Shown in pieces: positions 29,455-44,498 of a DNA stretch of 64,000 bases; position 1 is the stretch's first letter; the number at the start of each line of letters is the position of its first letter. This DNA comes from an uncultured Chloroflexia bacterium (GTDB lineage: Bacteria > Chloroflexota > Limnocylindria > Limnocylindrales > CSP1-4): NCBI GenBank assembly GCA_963772995.1, contig CAVYZQ010000001.1, positions 14,420-78,419 on the forward strand. Reading direction: 5' to 3'. A program made the position numbers and the translations under genes. Under the pieces are notes generated by a model. It did not search any database and had not been told where the DNA came from. It saw only the letters and a program-made list of their open reading frames with translations.

Positions 29455-31162
29455 ATGACCGACCGTTCCCGTTATTACCTGACCACGTCGATCGCCTACG
29501 CGAACAACAAGCCCGGTGTCCACACGCTCTACGAGGTCATCGGGGCTGATGCGATCGCACGATGGCATCGCATGCTCGGAGACGACACCCAATTCCTGAC
29601 AGGCACCGACGAGCATTCGATCAACATCGCCCAGGCGGCCGTCGACGAGGGACGCCCGACGCGCGAGTTCGTCGACGAGAAGGTGGCGCTCTTCCACGCG
29701 GCCGAGGCCGGGCTTGGCATCGCCGCGGACCGGTTCATCCGCACGACCGACCTCGACCACGTCCGGGCCGCGCAGGAGATGGTCCGCCGCGCGCACGCGA
29801 ACGGCGACATCTACCTCGGGACGTACGAGGGCTGGTACTGCCCGAACGAGGGCTTCCGCAACGCCACGGACGTCGTGGAAACGGCCCGCGGGACGATCTG
29901 CCCGAACCACCCCGAGGTTCCGCTCCAGTGGCTGAGCGAGCAGAACTGGTTCTTCCGCCTGTCGGCCTACCAGGAGCGCCTCGAGCGCCACTACGCGGAG
30001 CACCCGGACTTCGTCCAGCCCGACTACCGGCGCAACGAGATGCTCGGCTTCATCCGCGGCGGGCTCGAAGACTTCTCGATCAGCCGCGAACGGACGCCCG
30101 GCGATTGGGGGATCCCGTTCCCGATCGCCGAGAACGGCGAGACCGCCCTTCGCGAAGACGGCAGCTGGGATCCGGAGGCCGGCAAGATCTATGTCTGGTT
30201 CGACGCACTGATCAACTACATCACGGGTGCCGGCTTCCCCGACGACCCCGACGCGTTCGCGCAGTGGTGGCCGGCCGACCTGCATGTCATCGGCAAGGAC
30301 ATCGCCCGCTTCCACACGATCTTCTGGCCGGCGATGCTGTGGAGCGCCGGGCTGGAGGCACCCCGCCATGTCTGGGTGCACGGCTGGCTCCTCGCGGCCG
30401 GCGGCGAACGGATGAGCAAGAGCCGCGGGAATTTCCTCGATCCGGACGATTTCGTGGCTGCCTTCGGCCAGGACGGCGCCCGCTACGTGGCGTTGCGCGA
30501 GGTCCCCTTCGACCGTGACGCCGAGGTCAGCTGGGATTCGTTCGTGCGCCGCTACAACGCCGACCTCGCCAACGACTTCGGCAACCTGGTGAACCGCACG
30601 GTGTCGATGACGAATCGGTATCTCGGGGGCGAGCGGCCGGCCCCCCGCCCCGCGGGCGAGTCGCTTCTGGCCGAGGGGTGGTCGACGACGTTCGAAGCCT
30701 TTCGTGGGGACATCGGGTCATGCCTCCTCCACGGCGCCCTCGCCGACCTGTGGGAGTTCGTCGGACGTCGCGAACAGGGTCGTCGACGCCGAGCGGCCGT
30801 GGGACCTCGCGAAGGCCTGGAAGGGCGGCGACGAGGGGGCAGGGGAGCGTCTTCGCGGCGTGCTGGGTGACCTCATCGAGGCCTGCCGGCTCCTCGGCCT
30901 TGCCGGCTCGCCGTTCCTGCCCGCCTCGGCGCCGCGGGTCCTTGCCCAGTTGGGTCATCGTTACCCGTACGGGCCGGACGGCAACGGCGGCCCGCCGGCG
31001 CTCGATGAGCTGACCTGGGGCGCCCATGCCGCCGAGAACGGAAGGGTCGCCGCGCCCGAGCCGCTGTTCCCCCGCATCGAAGTCGAGACCGATGCCACTT
31101 GGGCTGAGCTGGTGCCCGATCGGTCAGTCGATGAAACCCAGCTGACCACCTCACCGCGATGA
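29455..31162 (+). CDS. metG: Methionyl-tRNA synthetase (one apparent frameshift near 30765)
   Basis: YYLTTSIAYANNKP.., FLTGTDEHS, WFDALINYIT, HVIGKDIARFHTIFWPAML, RMSKSRGN (KMSKS). The anticodon-binding helices are in the second frame. Confidence 0.9.
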
Positions 31163-32000
31163 GCCGAACGGTACCACGTGACGGCCCGATCATCGGGATG
31201 CCGCCTACGATCGAACGCGATGCCGCACGCCGTCCTCGACGCGCGCCAGGTGCGCCGGCCTCGAGCGGATCCTCGTTCCCGGCTGGAATGTCGCCTCGTC
31301 GGAGCGGGCCCTGAGCCTTGCCGAACGGCATCCCTGGCTCGACGTCGCAGTCGGGGTCCATCCGCACGACGCCGCGAAGGTGGCGCCCGACGGCTGGGAT
31401 CGGATCGTCGACTGGGCAGCCGACCCTCGCGTGGTCGCGATCGGAGAGACGGGACTCGACTACGACCGGGTCTTCAGCCCGATCCCCGATCAGCTCGACA
31501 ACCTGCGACGCAACCTCGAGCTCGCGATGGCGACTGGGAAGCCCGCGATCCTCCACTGCCGGTCGGCGGCCGGACGGCGCGACGCCCAGGACGCGCTCTT
31601 CAGCGAACTCAGGGCGGCCGGGATGGGCGGCTCTCGATGGGACAGGGCCTTCGGCGGTCGCCCGCCCGCGGTGGTCCACTCGTTCTCAGGCCCGCTCGAC
31701 TATGCGCGCGAGATGCTCGACCTCGGGCTTGCGATCAGCTTCTCAGGGCTCGCCTTCCGGCGCGGGGAAGAAGCCTCGGCCGAGGTCGTCGCGGTCGTCC
31801 CCGACGACCGCCTGCTGGTCGAGACCGACTCCCCGTTCCTGGCGCCGCCGGGCGCACCCCGCTCGCGCAACGAGCCCGAGTGGGTGCGCGTGACGGCGGC
31901 CTGGGCAGCCGAGCGCCGGGGAACGACGATCGAGGCGCTCGGCGCCGCCCTGGTCGTAACGTACGACCGAACGTTCGTGAGCCCGAGGAGCGTGTCATGA
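31159..32000 (+). CDS. tatD: TatD-family metal-dependent hydrolase (N-terminus frame-broken, start uncertain)
   Basis: ERILVPGWNV, VGVHPHDA, VAIGETGLDY, KPAILHCRSA, VVHSFSG, LLVETDSPFLAP. Canonical metG-tatD synteny. Confidence 0.65.
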
Positions 32001-32703
32001 AAGGCCAGGCGGACAGGCTCGGGAAGCGACGACGCCCGGTCGTCTTCGTCAGCGCCGTCACGGTCGCAGCGCTTCGTCGCGGCATGTGCGGGTACCACGA
32101 CTCCGTCGTCCACGGCGTCCTCGGCAGCGCCGGCCCCGGTGACCTCGCACCCCGACACCGATCCCGAGCGTCACGGCGTCGCCGACCATCGCCCCGCCGT
32201 CGGCCACGGCATCCGCGTCAAGTTCGCCCCCGGCCGCCCCGTCGCCATCGTCTTCCTCCGAGGCCTGCGCGGTCGAGCGGCAGACCGGCGTCCTGCCTTC
32301 GGATCGCTTCACCTCGGTCGTCATCACGACCGGCCCCGACGCCGATGTCGTGACCTTCGCCTTCGGCCGCTCGTCGCTGCCGGGCCCGCCGGCTCCGCCT
32401 GCCGGCTCCCTCGAGACCGCCGTTCCGCCCTTCACCGAGGCGGCCAGCGGGGAGCCGATCGGACTCGCGGGCGAGCACGCTCTGCAGGTCCGTTTCACGA
32501 ACATGTCCCTCCAGAACGACGTCGGCCAACCGACCTACGAGGGCGATCCCGAGTACCGGCCCGGCGGGCAGGCCCTGCGCGACCTGGTCCTGTTCGACAT
32601 GTCCGAGGGCGTCGTCGGCTGGTACATCGGCTACGACGGGTCCGGCTGCGTGACGCTCGCCAGGGTCGGGGACTCGGTGACGGTCAGGATCGCCCACGAC
32701 TGA
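31997..32703 (+). CDS. Putative secreted lipoprotein, unknown function (two apparent frameshifts near 32075 and 32145)
   Basis: ATGA overlap with the tatD stop. MKGQADRLGKRRRPVVFVSAVTVAAL, then AACAGTTTPSS (lipobox) in the next frame. Ser/Pro/Ala linker, then a C-terminal domain ending VTVRIAHD. Confidence 0.45.
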
Positions 32704-32715
32704 CGCGCGGCCGGG

Positions 32716-32745
32716 TTGACAGGCGTGTCCCGAGTTCGCTAGTCT
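32716..32745 (+). promoter_or_regulatory. Sigma-A type promoter TTGACA-18-TAGTCT of groES-groEL
   Basis: TTGACA at 32716-32721, TAGTCT at 32740-32745, immediately upstream of CIRCE. Confidence 0.7.
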
Positions 32746-32749
32746 CCGC

Positions 32750-32776
32750 TTAGCACTCTCCCATCGAGAGTGCTAA
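32750..32776 (+). promoter_or_regulatory. CIRCE operator (HrcA binding site)
   Basis: TTAGCACTC-N9-GAGTGCTAA, a perfect match to the consensus inverted repeat. Confidence 0.9.
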
Positions 32777-32953
32777 AGCATCGCGAAGCCCCGCAGGCAG
32801 ATGTCGGCCGGCATGGAGCCGATCGAGACGGAGGCGGGTCCTCGACGCGATGTCTCCACAGGATCCGGGACGTCGCCCGCAGGCCGATCCGGCCGACAGG
32901 CGTCCCCGACTCACGCCCGTCGGCCGGCCCTGGCCGTCACAGGAGGAAACACG

Positions 32954-34947
<1,994 letters not shown>

Positions 34948-34970
34948 TCCGGATCCGACACCGAATGATC

Positions 34971-34997
34971 AAGGCCCCCGGCTCCGCCGGGGGCCTT
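34971..34997 (+). terminator. GC-rich hairpin after groEL
   Basis: AAGGCCCCCGGC-TCC-GCCGGGGGCCTT, a perfect 12-bp stem followed by TCGATT. Confidence 0.6.
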
Positions 34998-35288
34998 TCG
35001 ATTCGCCGGGATGCCGGCACGGCGGGGGCACCGAGGCCGACGACATCGGTTCTTCCTCGTCACGGGACCCGTCGCCGCTTGGGATTCCTGCCAGATATCA
35101 GCCACGGTCGTGTTCTGCGAAGACCGGCGCGCCGAACGCGCCTTCGCCGGCCGAATCCTTGCCGGGTACGAACCGTCGCGGTAGGTGGCAAGGATTCGCG
35201 GCCTGGATGGCCATTCGCCGCGCCGGATTCGCATAACACGAGCCCGATCGTTATCTGGCGAGGATCGGCCGCCGACGGAACGGGTTGA

Positions 35289-35828
35289 GTCCCTACGGTT
35301 GGTGTAACAGCGAGATGGCCGACAACGAGAACGGCCCGCGGCATCGACCACTTCATCCCCGGGTTGGCGGTCAACAAGGCGACCTCGGGCGCGACGGCGC
35401 AGGTCGGGCTGACCTACTACTTCTACCCGAAGGGCTCCACCCAGCTCGGTGTCGGGTTCACCTCGTCGGCTGATGCCGGCAGCACCTGGAGCACTCCACA
35501 GACGATCATCAGCGGGATGACCTCGACTTGGGCGGCGACCACCAGCCAGGGCCGGATGGTCGGCGACTACATCTCGACGTCCTACGGCTCGGACAACCTG
35601 GCGCACGGAGTGTTCGGCGCCGCAAGCGCGCCAAGGACAGGCGCCGGGACGACATGCTCGAGCACGCCGGACAACTGTGTCGCCCCGATCGACACATTCA
35701 CCCCAGGCCTGGCGTCCGGCAGGCTGTGGAGCGCCAACGACCCGGTCGTGTTCTCGGGCGCCGGAGGCACCGACTCTCAGGCGTTCTGGAACATCGTCGA
35801 CAACAACGGAGCGAAGCACCGAGACTGA
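35289..35828 (+). pseudogene. C-terminal fragment of a BNR-repeat (sialidase-like) secreted protein
   Basis: GIDHFIPGLAVNKATSG..VGLTYYFYP..GFTSSADAGSTWSTP (BNR SxDxGxTW)..QGRMVGDYISTSY. Only about 170 aa. Nothing upstream codes for the catalytic propeller. Confidence 0.5.
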
Positions 35829-35893
35829 GCGGGATCCGGCCGGTTCCTCCCGTCCGGTCCGTCCTTGAGCTGGCCTCTTTACACACAACGATC

Positions 35894-35920
35894 GAAGCCC
35901 CCGGCATCGCCGGGGGCTTC
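35894..35920. terminator. Bidirectional GC-rich hairpin between convergent genes
   Basis: GAAGCCCCCGGC-ATC-GCCGGGGGCTTC, a perfect 12-bp stem. Same GCCCCCGGC core as the hairpin at 34971. Confidence 0.6.
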
Positions 35921-35943
35921 GTGCTTCTCGAGCGGCCGAACGG

Positions 35944-36372
35944 TCAGGCGAGCGCCTCGCAGATCTCGTTCGACAAGTGGCCAGTGAACGTGAAGTCGCT
36001 CAAGTCGATGCGGCCTGTGATGACGTGGGCGAACCAGCCATTGCGGCCCGTGAAGAAGAACTCGCCTTTCTCGTAGTCGAGGTGCGCCGCCCCCGGCAGG
36101 CTCTCGACGATGGACTTGCCGTTGTCCGGGTTCGTGATCGTGACCTGGAGGCGGCCGTTGACAAGCGACTTCACGAGATTGCCGTCGTTGTCGTAAAAGT
36201 CCTTCTGGTATTCGTTGTTGAGCGTGACCTCACCAAGCGTCACGAACCCGCAGGCGGTGTCGGAAAAGCCGAAGTCGATGACGACCTTGTAGCGGTCGAC
36301 CGTCGCGGCCGAGACGGGCATCGCCAAGACGAAGACGAGCAAGGACCCGAGGACCAGGGACAACCTGCGCAT
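35944..36372 (-). CDS. Small secreted protein, unknown function
   Basis: GGAGGT SD 6 nt before the ATG. MRRLSLVLGSLLVFVLAMPVSAAT signal peptide. Visibly lower GC than its neighbours. Confidence 0.6.
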   Translation of the reverse strand: MRRLSLVLGSLLVFVLAMPVSAATVDRYKVVIDFGFSDTACGFVTLGEVTLNNEYQKDFYDNDGNLVKSLVNGRLQVTITNPDNGKSIVESLPGAAHLDYEKGEFFFTGRNGWFAHVITGRIDLSDFTFTGHLSNEICEALA

Positions 36373-36626
36373 CGCGCACCTCCGTTTCCATCCCGACCGA
36401 CGCGGCCGGCCGATGACGGGATGACGCGGAGCCCACGCTTCCGTTACGCGACGACCGTGCCGCGCAAGATCGGGCACTCTCGCGACAAGGACCATCTGCG
36501 TGGGATCGCTCGGTTATCGTCTGTTCCATCGGAGACCGGAGCGCGACGGAGACGGAGAGTGGCATCAGCCCGAGATCGCTGCCCACCTGATGCTCGCGCC
36601 GGGACCGCCGAGGTACCGGCCGCGTC

Positions 36627-39344
36627 ATGACGGAGCCAGTCGGACGACCGAAGCCCGATGGCGCGATGGTCGTCGCGCTCCGTTGCCAGGTCCCGGATGG
36701 CGTTCTCGCCATCGGCGATGAGCCGCCGAGGCTGACCTGGCAGGTTGCCGGCGCCGATCCGGAACAGGTCCAGACCGCCTACGAGATCCAGGCGTCCTCA
36801 CACCCCGACTTCGGGGACTCCATCTCGACCGGCCCGATCGCGAGCGCGCGGCAGGTCGCCGTCGCCGGGCCTGGCGCTCCGATGAGAAGCCGCGAGGTCC
36901 GGTATCTGCGGGTCCGGATCGAGACCTCGGCCGGCTGGACCGATTGGGGTCCGACGTCACGAGTCGAGGCCGGCCTCCTCGACGCCGCCGATTGGGTGGC
37001 CGCCGCGATCACCATCCCGGATGACCCCGGATCGGACCGACAGTCACCATCGCCGGTCGTCCGCCGAAGCTTCGAGCTGCCTCCCGGGATCCTGTCGGCA
37101 CGCCTCTATGTCACCGCGCTCGGGCTGCACCGGACCACGATCAACGGACGACCGGTCTCCGAGGACGTGCTCGCACCGGGGTGGACCACCTACCGGCACC
37201 GGCTCCTCGCGGACGCCTACGACGTCACGTCGCTACTCAGGGATGGAGAGAACGTCATCGGGGCGGTGCTCGGCGACGGCTGGTACCGCGGCCGGCTGGG
37301 TTGGAACCGCGAGGGCGATCGATGCCGGTATGGCACGGACCTCGGCCTGATCGCACAGCTCGAGGTGACTCTGGCCGACGGTTCGAGCTTTCGAGTCTCA
37401 ACAGACGGATCCTGGCTCGCGTCGACCGCGGAGGTCCGATCGGCCGACCTCTACGACGGGGTGTCGATCGACCTTCGCGAGGCACACCCTGGGTGGGATC
37501 GACCCGGGTTCGACGCGCGTGCCTGGAGGCCCGCGACCCTCGTCCCATTCGATCCGGACAGGATCGAGCAGCGCCTGGCGCCACCCGTGCGACAGATCGA
37601 AGTCCTGCCGGTCGTCCGTCGCTCCGGTCCCGCCGCTTCGGTCATCCTGGACGCCGGTCAGAACGTGGCCGGGTACGTGCGCCTCCGCGTCCAGGGACGC
37701 CGGGGTGATCGGGTCACGGTCCGTCATGCCGAGGTCCTCGAGGCCGATGGCTCCCTCCACACGAGGTCTCTGCGCACCGCGAAAGCGACGGATGTATACA
37801 TCCTCGCGGACGACCTGGAACAGGTCCTCGAGCCCCCGTTCACGTTCCATGGATTCCGGTACGCCCAGGTCGAGACGACGGCCGAGATCGTCCACGCCTC
37901 TGTCGTCGCACTGAGCAGCGACCTGAAGCGACGCGGCCGATTCGAGTGCTCGTTCGAACCACTGAACCGGCTTCATGAGAATGTGGTGTGGTCGCAGCGC
38001 GACAACTTCGTGTCCGTGCCGACCGACTGCCCCCAGCGCGACGAGCGATTTGGCTGGACCGGAGACGCGCAGGCATTCGCGACGACTGCCAGCACGCTCT
38101 TTGACGCCGAAGCATTCTGGACGAGCTGGCTCCGTGACCTCGCACTCGACCAGGACGATCACGCGGGCGTGTCATCGGTCGTGCCGGACGTCGTCCTGGA
38201 AGGCGAGCCCCGTTTCGGCCGAGCAGGTTGGGCCGACGCCGCGACGATCGTCCCGTGGGCCGTCCTGGAGTCCTACGGAGACGACCATGTCCTTCGCCAA
38301 CAGTTCGACAGCATGCGGCGATGGATGGAGTCGCTGCGCGCTCGTGAGGGATCGGATGGCCTGCTGGGCCCCGCGATGCAGTTCGGAGACTGGCTGGACC
38401 CGGACGCGCCCCCAGATCGGCCATGGCAGGCCAAGACCGACTCGACCTACCTCGCAAATGCGTTCTACGCGAACAGCGCTCGGCTCACCGCGGACGCCGC
38501 TGCCCTGCTCGATGAACCGGTGGTCGAAGCGGACCTGCGGTCGTTGGCCGACCGAGTCGCTGCGGGGACCTGGGCACGATGGCGGGACCATGCCCTGACC
38601 ACCCCGACCGGCTGTGCCATCGGACTCCAATTCTTCATCGCGCCGGAGTCGGAGCGGTCGGCGGTCGGTGATGCGCTCGCTGGACTCGTTCGTGCGTCCG
38701 ATGGACGGGTGGCGACCGGATTCCTCGGTACGCCTTTGGTGCTTCCGGCGCTGGCGGCGACCGGACACTTCGATGAGGCCTACCTGATGCTGCTCTGCCG
38801 GGAGGTGCCGTCCTGGCTGTACCAGGTCGACCAGGGTGCGACCACCGTCTGGGAACGGTGGGACGCGATCCGTCCCGATGGTTCGATCCATCCGGGAAGC
38901 ATGTCGTCCGTGGACGGATCGCAGTCAGGTGATGGTGACCCGCACATGCTGTCCTTCAACCACTATGCCTATGGGGCAGTCATCGACTGGGTGTACAGGC
39001 ATGTGGCCGGGATCGGTCCCGACCGAGGCCAGCCTGGATACCGCCATGTCGTCCTGTCTCCGCAGCCTGCCTCCCAGATCACGCGAGCGCGCGCCTCGAT
39101 CGACACGCCCTACGGCGATGCCTCGATCGACTGGCAGATCGATACTGCCGGCGATCTCGTGGTCGACGTCGAACTCCCGTTCGGAACGACTGGCACCTTC
39201 GTCCCTCCGACCACCGCGAGATCGCGGGTCTCCATCGATGGTGCGAGCGGAGATGTGTCTCTCCACCTTCTGCCGGGACCCCACCGCCTGGTTGTCACGA
39301 ACCCGAGGATCGCCGGCGCTGCCACGGACGCGGACGTGGCCTGA
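36627..39344 (+). CDS. Alpha-L-rhamnosidase, glycoside hydrolase family 78
   Basis: Intact 905-aa ORF. GWTTYRHRL, YDGVSIDLR, VPTDCPQRDERFGWTGDAQAF, QFGDWLDP, GATTVWERWD, SFNHYAYGAV. Confidence 0.85.
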   Translation: MTEPVGRPKPDGAMVVALRCQVPDGVLAIGDEPPRLTWQVAGADPEQVQTAYEIQASSHPDFGDSISTGPIASARQVAVAGPGAPMRSREVRYLRVRIETSAGWTDWGPTSRVEAGLLDAADWVAAAITIPDDPGSDRQSPSPVVRRSFELPPGILSARLYVTALGLHRTTINGRPVSEDVLAPGWTTYRHRLLADAYDVTSLLRDGENVIGAVLGDGWYRGRLGWNREGDRCRYGTDLGLIAQLEVTLADGSSFRVSTDGSWLASTAEVRSADLYDGVSIDLREAHPGWDRPGFDARAWRPATLVPFDPDRIEQRLAPPVRQIEVLPVVRRSGPAASVILDAGQNVAGYVRLRVQGRRGDRVTVRHAEVLEADGSLHTRSLRTAKATDVYILADDLEQVLEPPFTFHGFRYAQVETTAEIVHASVVALSSDLKRRGRFECSFEPLNRLHENVVWSQRDNFVSVPTDCPQRDERFGWTGDAQAFATTASTLFDAEAFWTSWLRDLALDQDDHAGVSSVVPDVVLEGEPRFGRAGWADAATIVPWAVLESYGDDHVLRQQFDSMRRWMESLRAREGSDGLLGPAMQFGDWLDPDAPPDRPWQAKTDSTYLANAFYANSARLTADAAALLDEPVVEADLRSLADRVAAGTWARWRDHALTTPTGCAIGLQFFIAPESERSAVGDALAGLVRASDGRVATGFLGTPLVLPALAATGHFDEAYLMLLCREVPSWLYQVDQGATTVWERWDAIRPDGSIHPGSMSSVDGSQSGDGDPHMLSFNHYAYGAVIDWVYRHVAGIGPDRGQPGYRHVVLSPQPASQITRARASIDTPYGDASIDWQIDTAGDLVVDVELPFGTTGTFVPPTTARSRVSIDGASGDVSLHLLPGPHRLVVTNPRIAGAATDADVA

Positions 39345-39633
39345 GCCCGTCGCCGGTGGCGCCCATGCGATCGAGCCCGAACCAGCGCATTCGCGGCCCG
39401 GTGATCGCCAAGTGTGCATCTCGAAGCCTTGGGCGGTGCCAGCGGCCGTCCGGCCAGTCGTCGAGCATTCGAAGTGGCTGTTGATGGTCACCCGATGTGC
39501 ATGAGCCCGGCCAACGGCGCCTCAGAGCGATCCCTGGGCTGGAGATCCGCCGGCTGCGAGTGCTTCGCGCCCCGCTTGCCCTGTCAATGAACATGAGGCG
39601 TGCACGAGCCGCGCGGATGGGAGGCCGCGCGCG

Positions 39634-40758
39634 TCATCGGCTGAAGGTGGCGAGAGGCGTCCCCAGCCGGTCGGTATCCACCTCGACCCCGAGACCGGGA
39701 CCCAGCGGGACGGGCCCGAACCCGTTGCGCGACCTCGGCTGATAGCCGGCGACGTGCTCGATCGTCCAGTCGTTCATGTAGGACACCGCGAACAGGGCTT
39801 CGGGCGGCGTGGCGGCGGCCAGGTGGCTGACGGCTGCGGTGACCAGGTCGCCGCCCCACGAGTCCTCGATCGTGAGCATCAGGCCGAGCTCGACTGCGGC
39901 ATCGCGCATCAGCCGTGCCTTGGTCAGCCCGCCGACGCGTCCGATCTTGAGGTTGATGTGATCCATCGCGTCCGACGCGACCGCCCGAACCAGCGTCGGG
40001 AGGTCGGTGATCAGCTCATCGAGCACCATCGGGAGGCGGCTCACGCGGCGGACGCTCAGGCACGCCTCGAGGGTCGAGCACGGTTCCTCGAGGCGCAGGC
40101 GGTCGAATCTCTCCAGCAACCGTGCTGCCACGATCCCGTCCTGCCGTCGCCATCCACCGTTGGCGTCGCCGATGATCGCGTCCTCCGGGTCGGTCACGGC
40201 ATGCACCGCCGCCACGCGATCCCTGTCCTCCTCCGGTGCGCCGCCGAGCTTCAATTGGAAGCGATGGATGCCCGCCTCACGCTCGCGCTCGACGAAGGCC
40301 TGCATCGCCGCGGGCTCCCCGAGTGGGACCGCGACGTAGAGCGGGAGCCGCTCCTGCATGACGCCGCCGAGGAGCACCGCGACCGGCTGGCCGGTGACCC
40401 GCCCGAGGATGTCCCAGCATGCGACGTCAAGCGCGCTCTTGGCGTATGGGTGGCCGCGCAGCATCGAATCCATGCGGGCCGTTGCGGTCGCCAGGTCGGC
40501 CGCATCCACCCCGATCAGCGCCGGCGCCAGCTCGCGCAGCGCCGCCCGGGCGCCTTCGCCGAACGCCGGCAGGTACGTGCTCCCTAGCGGGCAGGTCTCC
40601 CCGAAGCCCTCGATCCCTGATCGGGTCGTGATGCGGACCACTGTGCTCGGCAGCCGAGTGATGACGCGGCCCGTCGACATCACGTACTCGCCGTGGGCGT
40701 AGGTGAGGTCGTAGCCGAAGATATCGATCCGGTCGATGACGGTCGGGCTGTCTGCCAT
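39634..40758 (-). CDS. Enolase-superfamily enzyme (mandelate racemase / muconate lactonizing family), substrate unknown
   Basis: GGAGGAG SD before the ATG at 40758. FQLKLGG, IGDANGGW, RLEEP, MVLDELI, INLKIGRVGG. The long N-terminal extension of the 624-aa ORF is a GC artefact. Confidence 0.85.
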   Translation of the reverse strand: MADSPTVIDRIDIFGYDLTYAHGEYVMSTGRVITRLPSTVVRITTRSGIEGFGETCPLGSTYLPAFGEGARAALRELAPALIGVDAADLATATARMDSMLRGHPYAKSALDVACWDILGRVTGQPVAVLLGGVMQERLPLYVAVPLGEPAAMQAFVEREREAGIHRFQLKLGGAPEEDRDRVAAVHAVTDPEDAIIGDANGGWRRQDGIVAARLLERFDRLRLEEPCSTLEACLSVRRVSRLPMVLDELITDLPTLVRAVASDAMDHINLKIGRVGGLTKARLMRDAAVELGLMLTIEDSWGGDLVTAAVSHLAAATPPEALFAVSYMNDWTIEHVAGYQPRSRNGFGPVPLGPGLGVEVDTDRLGTPLATFSR

Positions 40759-40938
40759 GGAATCTCCTCCCGGGCGGATTGTCGCCGACGGCCGTTGCCG
40801 ACGTCGCCGTCCAACGCCGCCGCGCGATCGGGGCAGCCGTGATCGCCCCGAGGGTTTGACAGGGCGAGGCCATCGCGGTGACCCTGTCCCTGAGCCGTCG
40901 TCGAAGAGGCGATCGGCCCGCTCGACCGAAGGAGCCGC

Positions 40939-41700
40939 ATGCCCCGCCCGATCCAGGCCATCCTCGCGCTCGCGATCGCCGCACTCGCCCTCTCCGCGTG
41001 TGCCGGGACCGCACCCAGCGCCCCACCGCTCGCAGACGCCCAGGCCGTCATCAACGCTGCGATCGCCTCGAGTCAGGCCGCCAAGACGGTCCACGCCCAG
41101 ATCGCCATCGATGGCAAGGCGGCGGTCGCGCTTCCGATCGGCGGGGCCACCGGATCGGTCGACCTGACGGGGACCACGGCCTCGGCCGATATCGACAAGG
41201 CGAACTCGGCAGCGCGGGCGACGTTCTCGGTCCCGGGCTTCCTGAACCTGTCCGGCGAGCTGATCGCGGTCGATGGCAAGGCGTACCTGAAGACGACGAT
41301 CACCGGCCCCAAATACCGACAGCTCGCCCAGGGCACGAGCCTGCCTGTGGACCCGACCAACACGAACGGCATGCTCAAGTCGCTCGGCGAGTTCCTGCTG
41401 AAGCCAGGCGTGGATCCTGTCAAGGGCGAGGACGTGGCGTGCGGCTCCAAGCAGTGCTACACGGTGTCGGTCGATCTCGATCCGAGCCGAGCTCGCGGCC
41501 CTCGGCACCCCGCCAGAAGGGCTCCCGGTGAACCTGGCGGGCGCGAGCCTGCAGATGACGATCCGCGTCGAGAAGGACCTCCCGTATCACCTCGCGGGGC
41601 TGAACGCCAAGGTGACGATGGCGGACGGGAACGTGGTGACCGCCGACGTCACCTTCTCGAAGTGGGACGAGCCCGTGACCGTGACGGCGCCGCCGCCTGA
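40939..41700 (+). CDS. LprG/LppX-like lipoprotein (frameshift near 41490; 3' end approximate)
   Basis: MPRPIQAILALAIAALALSAC lipobox. The mature part resembles lipid-binding LppX_LprAFG proteins (GELIAVDGKAYLK...ADVTFSKWDEPVTV). There is no in-frame stop before pcrA. TGA at 41698 lies in the adjacent frame. Confidence 0.65.
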   Translation: MPRPIQAILALAIAALALSACAGTAPSAPPLADAQAVINAAIASSQAAKTVHAQIAIDGKAAVALPIGGATGSVDLTGTTASADIDKANSAARATFSVPGFLNLSGELIAVDGKAYLKTTITGPKYRQLAQGTSLPVDPTNTNGMLKSLGEFLLKPGVDPVKGEDVACGSKQCYTVSVDLDPSRARGPRHPARRAPGEPGGREPADDDPRREGPPVSPRGAERQGDDGGRERGDRRRHLLEVGRARDRDGAAA

Positions 41701-41794
41701 TCAGGTGGCGCCGGCCGAGCTGATCGGCACTCGCCGGCAGACCCGGCGGGCGCACGTCCAAGGCCGGGTGAGCGGCCCGACCTACAATGGACGG

Positions 41795-44495
<2,701 letters not shown>

Positions 44496-44498
<3 letters not shown>

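Noticed and set aside
39345-39633. Possible gene remnant on the minus strand between the rhamnosidase and the enolase-family gene (ORFs 38925-39491 and 39295-39594)
   Set aside because: Short stretches look protein-like (e.g. LDDWPDGRWH), but I could not relate them to any family or link them into a consistent frame path. I leave the region unannotated.
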